Part shown: piece after piece, positions 1 to 8,328 of the stretch
Numbering within the stretch: the first letter of the stretch is position 1
Layout: every line of letters starts with the position of its first letter
Assembly (NCBI GenBank): GCA_038103695.1
Contig: JAYNZN010000002.1
Location: 2,385 to 65,689 of the forward strand
Direction of reading: 5' to 3'
DNA: 63,305 bases
Source of the DNA: Opitutales bacterium
GTDB lineage: Bacteria > Verrucomicrobiota > Verrucomicrobiia > Opitutales > Seribacteraceae
Program-made: the position numbers and the translations under genes
The notes under the pieces: generated by a model
What the model was told of the DNA's origin: nothing
Databases searched by the model: none
Seen by the model: the letters and a program-made list of their open reading frames with translations, nothing else

Positions 1-90
1 CCACCCCCCCCCCGCCGCCCCCCGCCCCCCCGCACCCCCCCCCCGCCCCCCCCCCCCCCGCGCCCCCCCCCCTCCGACCCAGCCCCCCCA
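1..90. repeat. C-rich low-complexity tract at the window edge, probably a sequencing/assembly artefact
   Basis: Nearly pure C with scattered G/A; it replaces the expected 5' part of the gene that becomes readable at ~92. Confidence 0.8.
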
Positions 91-91
91 T

Positions 92-1624
92 TTCTATCTT
101 CTGGAGGGCGAGAAAATTTTTGTTGTGGTCGGACAGATGGGTGCAGACAGCTCCCGGGGTGGTTCCGGTGGTGGTGGAAGCTTTGTCTGGCGCCAGTGGC
201 CAAATGGGGACCGAGAGTTGCTCGTTGCCGCGGGTGGTGGCGGTGGTGGAGCGGATGGTTCCTACTATAATACACAAATTGATGGCCGCGTCGAAAACTC
301 GGGTGGCGATTCGGTGGGCCAGGGAGGAGAAAACGGGGAAGATGGCAACCTCGGTGGCACCCATACCAGCTATGCCGGAAGGGGATGGAATGGATATAAT
401 TTTGAAGGTCAGGGAACCGGCGGCTTTGGCGGAGGCGGTGGGGGTGATAATCATGCTTCCGGCGGTGGGGGCGGATATTCCGGTGGTGGAAGTTCTAGCT
501 GTGGAAGCAAGTCCGGCGGGGGAGGAGGTTCTTACAACATTGGTACGAACCAGGAAAATATTGCCGGAATTAATGAGGGGCATGGTAAGGTGATTATTTC
601 GGCCCTGAATACACCTCCAAGTGATCTCATTCTCAACAGAGATTATATGCCTGAAAACCAGCCAATTGGCACGGTAGTTGGAGAATTGTTTACCCTGGAC
701 CCTGATGATGCGAACCAGACGGGAACCTATCGCTACGAATTAGTGAGTGGGGAGGGTGCGGAAAGCAATGCAAGGTTTACGCTTACTGAGGGTGGGGTAT
801 TGAAGACGGCCACTTTGTTTGACTATGAAATTGACCCAATGACTTTCTCGATACGGGTGAGAACATCAGATGAGTTTAATGCCTCGATGGAATCCTCCTT
901 TTTGATCTTTCTACTTGATGAGACCACCTTGGTGGTGGATACCATGCTCCCGGAAAAAGCCGTGGATGGTGGGGTTATCGTAGGCGTGCGGGTTTTGAAT
1001 GATGCCAAGGTTTATGAACTTGGAGTGCTGCTTGCAGGTCGGCCTATTTCCAGCCCCAATCAGGATGGTGTGGTACGGGTTCCCGTTTTAACTGCAGGGC
1101 AGGGGAGTCTATCCAGCCAGGTTTATTTACCTGGCTTTATGCAAGGGGTGTATGAACAATGGTTCCTGCCTGATCCGGAATGGAGCACTCTGTATGCAGT
1201 GGCGTATGGGATTAATGTGGAAGGAGAGACTTACGGGCTGGAGGAAGTATTTGATCTAGATAAAAAGGCATCCAGGTATGATCCATTGACCGGTGCTCAG
1301 GCAATGGATAACGCACCAGGCTGGTGGGAAAGTCCATGGTTGGGTAATTATTATCGCTCAGAAAGTGGATGGATGCTCCACTTGGATCTTGGGTGGCTTT
1401 ACCCAAGTCCGAGTGCCGGGGGTGGGCTTTGGATGTGGAAGGAAGCTGTGGGATGGATTTGGACGGAAGATGGATTATATCCATACCTGTACTCTGCCGG
1501 GCGTGAAAACTGGCTGTTCTTTTTTGGCGAGCATGAAAAAAGCCGCTTGCTTTACGATTATGGGGAAAGGAACTGGATGAATCTGAATGAGCGTTCCGTG
1601 GATGAAAAGGAAGAGGCTCGATGA
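92..1624 (+). CDS. 5'-truncated surface/exported protein: ALK/LTK-like glycine-rich domain, cadherin-like domain, FN3-like segment, Trp-rich C-terminal domain
   Basis: The frame of ORF 125..1624 stays open upstream (FYLLEGEKIFVVVGQMG from 92). Gly-rich motifs GGGGGSFV, LLVAAGGGGGG, GGFGGGGG, GGGGGYSGG, GGGGGSYN. Cadherin motifs PENQPIGTVVG, DPD, FDYE. C-terminus GWWESPWLG..LGWLY..GWIWT..YPYLY..WLFF. Confidence 0.75.
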   Translation, partial: FYLLEGEKIFVVVGQMGADSSRGGSGGGGSFVWRQWPNGDRELLVAAGGGGGGADGSYYNTQIDGRVENSGGDSVGQGGENGEDGNLGGTHTSYAGRGWNGYNFEGQGTGGFGGGGGGDNHASGGGGGYSGGGSSSCGSKSGGGGGSYNIGTNQENIAGINEGHGKVIISALNTPPSDLILNRDYMPENQPIGTVVGELFTLDPDDANQTGTYRYELVSGEGAESNARFTLTEGGVLKTATLFDYEIDPMTFSIRVRTSDEFNASMESSFLIFLLDETTLVVDTMLPEKAVDGGVIVGVRVLNDAKVYELGVLLAGRPISSPNQDGVVRVPVLTAGQGSLSSQVYLPGFMQGVYEQWFLPDPEWSTLYAVAYGINVEGETYGLEEVFDLDKKASRYDPLTGAQAMDNAPGWWESPWLGNYYRSESGWMLHLDLGWLYPSPSAGGGLWMWKEAVGWIWTEDGLYPYLYSAGRENWLFFFGEHEKSRLLYDYGERNWMNLNERSVDEKEEAR

Positions 1625-3903
1625 CTAATATGCAAATGAATCGTATATATATTTGGATAGCGTTCTTTCTAATGAGTTTGTCCGCATTTGGGGTGGAACC
1701 CAAACGGGGGGTTCTCATTTTGGCCTCCACTGAGGGAGAGGTGCGCTTTGAGGATGGAGAGGGGAATCCGGGTAATCTTGTTAAACCTGGGGAGCCTATC
1801 CCGCCAAGTTATTTTGTAATTACGGGTGCAGGAGCCAAAGCAATTGGCCTATTAAGTAACGGCACCCTGCTTACCCTTGATGAAAATACCCGGATGAAAG
1901 TGGGCACTTTTGAGCAGGAACCTTTTGAGGATGATGGTCGAAAGGTCTCTGAGCTCTCGGAGGAGCCAAGTAAATCAAAAGTTATTTTGGAGCTGGATAC
2001 GGGTTCATTAATTCTCAAAACGAAAAAGTTAAATAAGGACTCCTCTTTGAACATTAGCTCGCCCCTTGGGTTTGCGGGAATACGGGGAACAGAATTTCAA
2101 ATGGCATCGAACCCGGGGCAGGGCGTGCAGCTTGATGTGACGGAATCGACGGTGGAATTTACCCCTCCAGGTGGTGGTTCCCCGATTGCGGTGAGCGAGG
2201 GAAGTGGGATGAGCGCTCCTCCAGGAGGGGCTCCCACCCTTAGACCTGTGAACCCAACGGTGGCCCAAAAAATTCAGGTATCCAATGAGGTTGCGGCTGA
2301 GGCAACCCAGGATGTTTCTTTGGGAGAGGTATCGGCTGCGATGGAGCAGGTGGCTGCAGAGAGTGAATCTGATTCCTCGAATGATTCTGCAAGTGAGGAA
2401 TCTGAATCCACGGAGGAATCTTCGGAGGGGGACAGCCAAGAGGATGGATCGGGCACGAATTCTCCTGATGAGCCAGTCGATGAAGTTGAGAATAGCAGTG
2501 AAGGCGCACCTGTAGAAGCCATTGAGAATACACCTGTCGAAGTGGGAGACCCTCAGGCATCGGCTCTGGAAAATAATGCGGAGATCGCCCAGGCCAGAAA
2601 AACAGGAAAATTTGACGAGCAAACCAAGGAGTTGGCGAAGTTTGGATTGTTGGAAGACCAAACAATGCGGTTTTATGGATTGCCGGCAAGAGTGCGGGCT
2701 TTGCTGATACTAGAAGATCGGGAGGTGGTTAGGCGATTGCTTTCCCTCGAAGATTTTAATCCACAGCGGGCGGAAACTTTCTTTGATTATCGCCCAAATA
2801 CAAGATCGCTTATTCTTGGTCTGGAAAATGAGGTTATGCTGACTCTCCTGGACCAAGAGATTGAAGAGACCTTGCTGGAGGAATCACTCACCAAGATGAA
2901 TCTCGAATTTTCCCGCACCAACCGGGTTCCGGAAACCAAGCCTGCTGATAATCTTGATGATCGTGCTAAGAATTTGAGCGAACGATTAATGGAGAGTGGA
3001 AATGGTGAAGTGATGGAAAAACTAGTTGAACTTTCAGGTGGGGAATGGACGGCCGAAGTTTTACGGATCGGAGAGGTGGCAGATTCCCTCTTGCGTGATT
3101 ACAGGCTGGATGAAAATTCGAAGATTGAGCCTCTGCAGATTTATGAGGCCCTCGAGAATCCATTTTATATGGAAGTGGCTGCCTTGTATGAAGAGTTACA
3201 AATGGAAGGACTCATTCAAGGGGGCGATTCTTTACTTGGTGGTCGTAATCTGATTGTGAGCGGGAATGCTCTGGCTCTTATGCCCTACTTTGCTTCAAGT
3301 GGTGAGGAATGGGTGATCTCGGCCTCGCAATCTCTTTCTCTGGAGGAGGATTTCCAGTGGAGTGCCGAGGTTGGGGATGATGCCCGGTTGGTCGCTATGA
3401 GTGCAGGCGTGCTGAGCGTGAAACCAGGCACCACTTTATCCTCTGCAACCAGCGACTTGGTACTTGCCACGAGGAAAAACTTATTATTGAGCCAGGTAAC
3501 TTTGGAGGCGGCCCGGGAGGTTGCTGTAAGAGGGTTTCGGGATGTGATCATCCGGGATGTTTCCATTGGTGCAGATGTGCTTGCGACCATTAAGGCGAGG
3601 CGGGATTTGGATGTAGATGGATTGATCTTTAAGAGAGATGTCTCGCGTATTGTGATGGAGGCAACGACCATGAGGTTGAAGAATATCAATTTCCCTGCCT
3701 CTGCCCAGGTGCGTTTAAACAGTCTTCACGGGGCCATTGACGGAAAATATCCAAACTTTGGCACTACTATTCCTGCGGCCCAACAGATCGGAAGAGTGAA
3801 TTTTATTGAGAATGTAAGGTCGGGTGGTAATTTGATGAACGATCGATCGTCTTTTGATTTGCATGGTAAAAATGTACAAATCGGTAAGATTGCACGTCCG
3901 TAA
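1621..3903 (+). CDS. Exported FecR-domain protein with an acidic linker and a beta-rich C-terminal domain
   Basis: Signal peptide (..LMSLSAFG). FecR-like motifs VITGAGAKAIGLLSNGTLLTLDENT and SSPLGFAGIRGTEF..LDVTESTV. ATGA overlap with the upstream gene. Confidence 0.75.
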   Translation: MTNMQMNRIYIWIAFFLMSLSAFGVEPKRGVLILASTEGEVRFEDGEGNPGNLVKPGEPIPPSYFVITGAGAKAIGLLSNGTLLTLDENTRMKVGTFEQEPFEDDGRKVSELSEEPSKSKVILELDTGSLILKTKKLNKDSSLNISSPLGFAGIRGTEFQMASNPGQGVQLDVTESTVEFTPPGGGSPIAVSEGSGMSAPPGGAPTLRPVNPTVAQKIQVSNEVAAEATQDVSLGEVSAAMEQVAAESESDSSNDSASEESESTEESSEGDSQEDGSGTNSPDEPVDEVENSSEGAPVEAIENTPVEVGDPQASALENNAEIAQARKTGKFDEQTKELAKFGLLEDQTMRFYGLPARVRALLILEDREVVRRLLSLEDFNPQRAETFFDYRPNTRSLILGLENEVMLTLLDQEIEETLLEESLTKMNLEFSRTNRVPETKPADNLDDRAKNLSERLMESGNGEVMEKLVELSGGEWTAEVLRIGEVADSLLRDYRLDENSKIEPLQIYEALENPFYMEVAALYEELQMEGLIQGGDSLLGGRNLIVSGNALALMPYFASSGEEWVISASQSLSLEEDFQWSAEVGDDARLVAMSAGVLSVKPGTTLSSATSDLVLATRKNLLLSQVTLEAAREVAVRGFRDVIIRDVSIGADVLATIKARRDLDVDGLIFKRDVSRIVMEATTMRLKNINFPASAQVRLNSLHGAIDGKYPNFGTTIPAAQQIGRVNFIENVRSGGNLMNDRSSFDLHGKNVQIGKIARP

Positions 3904-3924
3904 GTTTTAATCAGATTAGCTATC

Positions 3925-5193
3925 TTGAAACCTTTCCTTCAGGTATTTTCAGTATTTTTTTTCCCCTTGGCTTTAATAGGGATCGAGTTTTCTGATCCAG
4001 TGGAGTTTGAAGATCCATCGGGCTCAAATCTAGGCGAACAACAGATCATTGAGGTGGTACGGAAATGGGTGGGGCCCACACCTCAAGAACTCGCTCCCGG
4101 AGTAGTTGCCCTAGGGTCGTTGAAAGAAAGGAAGTATCTTTTGGAAGATCCTGAAGAAGTGGGTGGGGAACTGGTGGAAGTAGGTGAATTTGAACAATCC
4201 AGCCCTGCGGCTGGGGGCAATCCATTGCCTAAGGTGGATTCAGACCCCATCAAATCACGATTCCCACATGGGTGGGTTGGGCCACTCCCCGAGGAGCTTG
4301 CTCCAGGAGTGATTGCTTTGGGCTCACTATCCGCTCCTCGATCCTTACATGGTAAAGGTGGTCATGCGGATGAGCAGGAGAGCGAAGAGGAGGGCTTTGG
4401 GAATGTAAGTGTTTTTACAAGTGGCCGTACTTATTTTACCAACAATGTTCTTAGGCAAAAAAGCGATAAAAAGAAATCCATGGTTCTTGAAAATGCACTG
4501 GGTGTATCATTGGGAACCCAAGGAATTGGGCTGGGAGATTATGTAACCATGGTGCCCCGCATCGATATGATGATGCAGGTGGCTACCTATGAGAATGAGG
4601 AGGTCAAAGATTTGCTTGGGTATGGATTTGGGATGGTGAAAGGAGGGGTGAATTTTGAACTGCCCAGCAATTACAGCGTATCCACTGGCTTGGAATATAA
4701 TTTACTGCACAGTATGGATTCTGGGGATAGAATGTTTGATGCCTGGGCACCTTCTTTGAAAATCAGCAAGATGTATGTTCCTGCAGAAAGGACTTTGGTT
4801 ATGGCTGATTTATCAATGAAATTTGCTCTTACGGAAAAGGTGATTACCTTTCAGGCACCAGGAGTGTTTGCTGACGATGGAGATAATTTACAGTTGGGCA
4901 TGAATATGGCGCTCATCCAATTACTTGATGCGGATGGAAAATTTATTTTAATGCCAAGAGTCGGTCTAACCCGCACCGAATATCTTAAAAATGAGCAGGA
5001 TGGCAGGGTAGACTGGATGGTTAATGCCGGAGTAGGCTTTACCTGGCAGGCACTGGAGTGGTTAAGCCTCGACTTGGGGGCAGGATGGTCCACCTTGTGG
5101 ATGAATGAAAAAGGAAAATCCTTGCAAGGTGAATCCTCGCGCTTCCAAGCATTGGATTTAGGGCTCACTTTACTAGCCAGTCACATTTTTTAA
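3925..5193 (+). CDS. Putative outer-membrane beta-barrel protein with a duplicated N-terminal motif
   Basis: Signal peptide; amphipathic strands from residue ~160 onward; terminal Phe (..LASHIF); repeat WVGPxPxELAPGVxALGSL occurs twice. Confidence 0.65.
   Translation: MKPFLQVFSVFFFPLALIGIEFSDPVEFEDPSGSNLGEQQIIEVVRKWVGPTPQELAPGVVALGSLKERKYLLEDPEEVGGELVEVGEFEQSSPAAGGNPLPKVDSDPIKSRFPHGWVGPLPEELAPGVIALGSLSAPRSLHGKGGHADEQESEEEGFGNVSVFTSGRTYFTNNVLRQKSDKKKSMVLENALGVSLGTQGIGLGDYVTMVPRIDMMMQVATYENEEVKDLLGYGFGMVKGGVNFELPSNYSVSTGLEYNLLHSMDSGDRMFDAWAPSLKISKMYVPAERTLVMADLSMKFALTEKVITFQAPGVFADDGDNLQLGMNMALIQLLDADGKFILMPRVGLTRTEYLKNEQDGRVDWMVNAGVGFTWQALEWLSLDLGAGWSTLWMNEKGKSLQGESSRFQALDLGLTLLASHIF
4066..4329 (+). 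repeat. Two copies of a 57-nt (19-aa) intragenic repeat, at 4066-4122 and 4273-4329
   Basis: WVGPTPQELAPGVVALGSL versus WVGPLPEELAPGVIALGSL, 16/19 identical with many synonymous changes. Confidence 0.9.
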
Positions 5194-5249
5194 TTTTCTT
5201 ATTTTAGTTAATTTTTGAAAATACACACAAATATGCATATAGTGTAAAT

Positions 5250-5378
5250 ATGCATCTATATATTATTTGTTTTGTGATTCTTGTTTTAAGTGGTTGTGGG
5301 GCCAAAAAGTGGAAACAAAGTGCCCCTCAGGCAATGAATCAAATCCAGGAGGAAATCAAAAATGAACCAAGGGTCTAA
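5250..5378 (+). CDS. Small 42-aa putative lipoprotein (not in the ORF track)
   Basis: Manual translation MHLYIICFVILVLSGCGAKKWKQSAPQAMNQIQEEIKNEPRV*; hydrophobic stretch and LSGC lipobox; overlaps the start of the next gene. Confidence 0.55.
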   Translation: MHLYIICFVILVLSGCGAKKWKQSAPQAMNQIQEEIKNEPRV

Positions 5379-5883
5379 AGTTATTTTATTTAAGTTTAGA
5401 AAGATAAGCATTGGGTTGGTAGGCGTGCTTGTTTTGATGAGTCTTCTCTTCCCCGATACTTTGGAGGCTAGAAAGTTTAAAGGACTACGCGTGCATGGAG
5501 ATCATCGCTTACTTGAACCCATTGTCGGTGCGATTCCCAAAAATCGATCCGGAGTTACCACAGAGGATGTGAAATATCGGGTGATGCGAAAATTATTAAG
5601 TAGAGGCATTCAACCGACGCGATCTTCTCAATCATATCATTTTCTCGATGTTGATGTGGTCATTCTTTCCAAAGGTACCAGTTTTAGTGTAGTGGTTTCC
5701 CTAAAGAAAATGGCCCAAGCCTACGGATTTGACCCCAAGGTGGTTGGGCCAGTTGTGACGATGGCCCAAGGAGAGTATGGCCTGTTTGGCAATGCTGCCA
5801 AGGACAAGGACTATGTACTCGAAGCGGTGGATGAGGTAATGGATAAATTTCTGCTGGACTATCGGGATTCCAATCTAAACTAG
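5362..5883 (+). CDS. Hypothetical exported protein
   Basis: 173-aa ORF with an AGGAGG SD upstream and a signal-peptide-like N-terminus (..LFPDTLEA); no recognised family. Confidence 0.7.
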   Translation: MNQGSKVILFKFRKISIGLVGVLVLMSLLFPDTLEARKFKGLRVHGDHRLLEPIVGAIPKNRSGVTTEDVKYRVMRKLLSRGIQPTRSSQSYHFLDVDVVILSKGTSFSVVVSLKKMAQAYGFDPKVVGPVVTMAQGEYGLFGNAAKDKDYVLEAVDEVMDKFLLDYRDSNLN

Positions 5884-5890
5884 AAAATCT

Positions 5891-6691
5891 CTAGCTTTGG
5901 ATTCCCTCAAGTTTTGCCCGTAAGGATTGGCGAATTTTTTCTCCCACAAAATCCAGCGTGGTCACGATGGTTAGAATGCAAAGTAATACGAGTGAAAACT
6001 TGTTCCAACTGTCTGCCGATTCTGCATAGAGTTTGAGGTGCAGGCCGATGCCTCCTGCTCCTACATAACCAATAATACTTGCGGAACGGAAATTGTATTC
6101 AAGCATCCATAAACAATGACTCCAGATAATTGGGCGTGCATTGGGCCATAGCCCATGCCGAAAAGCTTGCAGGGGACTGGCACCTAGAGAACGGAGAGCA
6201 TGTTGAGCCCGCAAATCAGCAGATTCAAAGGCCTCACTGAAAAACTTGGCGAGGTAGCCTACGCTGTAAAGTGTAAGGGCGATGACTCCCGCCAGAGAGT
6301 TAGAGCCTACAATGACTACGGCGAGCAATGCCCAGAGCAGGCTGGGAATTGTACGGATCATGTTGAGTGCCATACGGGTGGGCCAGAGAATCCATGGGGG
6401 GGAAATGGTGCGGGCAGCCCCAAGGGATAAAAAGATCGAAATGAAAATTGCCCAAAATGTGGAAACGAGAGCAATTTGCATGGTTTCGAGAAGTGCATCC
6501 AGGGTGCGGTCCAAGATACTCAAATCAGGCGGGAAAAATTGAGAGGCAAAGCGGGCAAGGTTTCCAATATGATCCAGGTCTCTGCCCGATCCTTCAATGC
6601 CTGGGAGCGAACCTAAAGCACCTGCCAGAAAAAGCAGAAAAGTGACCCCAAGCAGGTCAAACCGACTGTGCCAGGGAACGCGGGAGTTTAT
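5891..6691 (-). CDS. phnE: PhnE/PtxC-family ABC transporter permease; apparent start is ATA at 6691
   Basis: RTIPSLLWAL, EAFES and RSASIIGYVGAGGIG motifs. The frame extends 56 codons above the tracked TTG (6523), through a TM segment and the FFPPD motif, to an ATA overlapping the phnC stop. Confidence 0.85.
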   Translation of the reverse strand: MNSRVPWHSRFDLLGVTFLLFLAGALGSLPGIEGSGRDLDHIGNLARFASQFFPPDLSILDRTLDALLETMQIALVSTFWAIFISIFLSLGAARTISPPWILWPTRMALNMIRTIPSLLWALLAVVIVGSNSLAGVIALTLYSVGYLAKFFSEAFESADLRAQHALRSLGASPLQAFRHGLWPNARPIIWSHCLWMLEYNFRSASIIGYVGAGGIGLHLKLYAESADSWNKFSLVLLCILTIVTTLDFVGEKIRQSLRAKLEGIQS

Positions 6692-7368
6692 GATTTTTCC
6701 TCCTGATTGAATGCTTTAAGTGACCAACCATTGGGTAGGGAAGGATCGAGATGCAGGTGCATGTCGGCAAAGCGGGAAACCTGCGATTCATCATGCAAAG
6801 AGCAGATAATGCCCCCATCTCCTGCCCTGATTGTATCCTGGAATGTGGTCAATACATGATCGGCCCACTTGTTATCAAGACTGGCCACGGGTTCATCTGC
6901 GAGGAGGATGCTAGGCTTGGCAAGAAGAGCCCGGCATATTGCAAGTCTTTGCCGTTCGCCCCGCGAGAGTGTTGATGCCCATTGTCGCTCCTTTCCGGAG
7001 AGTCCAAATTTGGAGAGCAACTTCTTTGCCTGCTTTTTTTCTTTGGGTGGAAAGGAGAAAAGGGTGGAGAGGAACGAGTGCCGCCCTAAGCATCCTCCAA
7101 GGGCGTTCATCAGACAAGTGGCCCCATCAGCAAGTTCAAGATCCTGGTGGATCATAGCGAAGGGGAGTCCCCTGGAAAGGGATCCTTCAGTAGGAGAGAG
7201 CTTTCCAGCAAGGCAGCGAAGAAGAGAGGTTTTGCCGGTGCCCGAGGGGCCGGTTACTGCAAGGAAGGAATGGCAGGGAAGAGTAAGATCAAGATTGCGC
7301 CAAAGCCAGCGGTCTTCCACCTGCAGTCCGATTCCAGATGTCTTCAATATTGATGTATCTAGTATCAT
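6688..7368 (-). CDS. phnC: PhnC-like ABC transporter ATP-binding protein
   Basis: Walker A GPSGTGKT, signature LSRGERQR, LLADEPVASLD, SLHD; ATG at 7368 preferred over TTG at 7386. Confidence 0.85.
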   Translation of the reverse strand: MILDTSILKTSGIGLQVEDRWLWRNLDLTLPCHSFLAVTGPSGTGKTSLLRCLAGKLSPTEGSLSRGLPFAMIHQDLELADGATCLMNALGGCLGRHSFLSTLFSFPPKEKKQAKKLLSKFGLSGKERQWASTLSRGERQRLAICRALLAKPSILLADEPVASLDNKWADHVLTTFQDTIRAGDGGIICSLHDESQVSRFADMHLHLDPSLPNGWSLKAFNQEEKS

Positions 7369-7398
7369 TCCGGCAGGCTGGGGCAAATACGAGTCTAG

Positions 7399-8322
7399 TT
7401 ATAATTTCAATTCAGATTGGAGAGCCAAAGCTTCGCGGGTCACTTTTAAGTGCTGATCTGCATCCACTTCAACAAGTTTACCATTGAAAACCTGGTCACG
7501 GAGAGAGGGGTTTTCTTGGTTCATTTGCAAAAGAGCATCCTTGATGATGGATACATCATTGGGGGAAATGGAGGATCGAATACAAAGAGTATGTGAGGGG
7601 ACTGGGCCTTGTTCCTGTATTATGCGTAAGCGTGCTTTTTGTGCTGGAGATAAGTACTTATCATTCCCTTTAAATACATAGTCACTAACGGCTGCAGCCT
7701 CGACTTCTCCAGAAAGAACTTTTTGAGCTGCAGATGTGTATCCAGTGCCGTAAATGATTTTAGAAAAGAAATCATTTAATCCAGCATTCGCCCCGATTAC
7801 TCCTCTCTGGGCAAGATCCCAGCAGGGAATGAGAAAGCCAGAAGTGCTCGAGCGACTGGCAAAAGCAATGGGCTTATCCTTTAGGTCACCAATGGATTGA
7901 TAGCTTTTCTCTTTCAGGCTAAGCCAAACGCTATTGTAATTAGGCTTACCATTCTTGAGATGTATGAGGAGAACGGATGAAGAATTCTGATCGAGATTCC
8001 GGGCGGCATCTGTAGAACTTAGGTAGCCGAGATCGAGAGTGCCATTACGGAAAGACTCAACTATAATTGATGAATCGGTGGGGATAATCACCTTGACTGG
8101 GCGCTTCAGTTTTCCTGCGAGGTACAATTCGAGGGACTCTTTTTCAGCCAGCATTTGTTGGGGATTTTTATTTGCTTTGAGAGCAATGACCACGCTGTTC
8201 AAACTTAAGTCCCCTTCGTTTTGAGGATTTGGGTTCTTTTTCCCACAGGAAGAGAGAAGCTGGAGACAAGCAAAACCAGAGATGATTAGGCAGGATTTGA
8301 GGGAGCTTATATGAACATTCAT
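7399..8322 (-). CDS. phnD: PhnD/PtxB-family ABC substrate-binding lipoprotein
   Basis: Lipobox LLSSC; FASRSSTSGFLIP and EVEAAAVS motifs; ATG at 8322 preferred because the longer ORF runs through the promoter. Confidence 0.8.
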   Translation of the reverse strand: MNVHISSLKSCLIISGFACLQLLSSCGKKNPNPQNEGDLSLNSVVIALKANKNPQQMLAEKESLELYLAGKLKRPVKVIIPTDSSIIVESFRNGTLDLGYLSSTDAARNLDQNSSSVLLIHLKNGKPNYNSVWLSLKEKSYQSIGDLKDKPIAFASRSSTSGFLIPCWDLAQRGVIGANAGLNDFFSKIIYGTGYTSAAQKVLSGEVEAAAVSDYVFKGNDKYLSPAQKARLRIIQEQGPVPSHTLCIRSSISPNDVSIIKDALLQMNQENPSLRDQVFNGKLVEVDADQHLKVTREALALQSELKL

Positions 8323-8328
8323 GTACTT

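Noticed and set aside
1-90. C-rich tract as a G-quadruplex/i-motif or telomere-like element
   Set aside because: It is irregular, sits at the sequence edge and cuts into a coding frame, which is typical of poly-G read artefacts.
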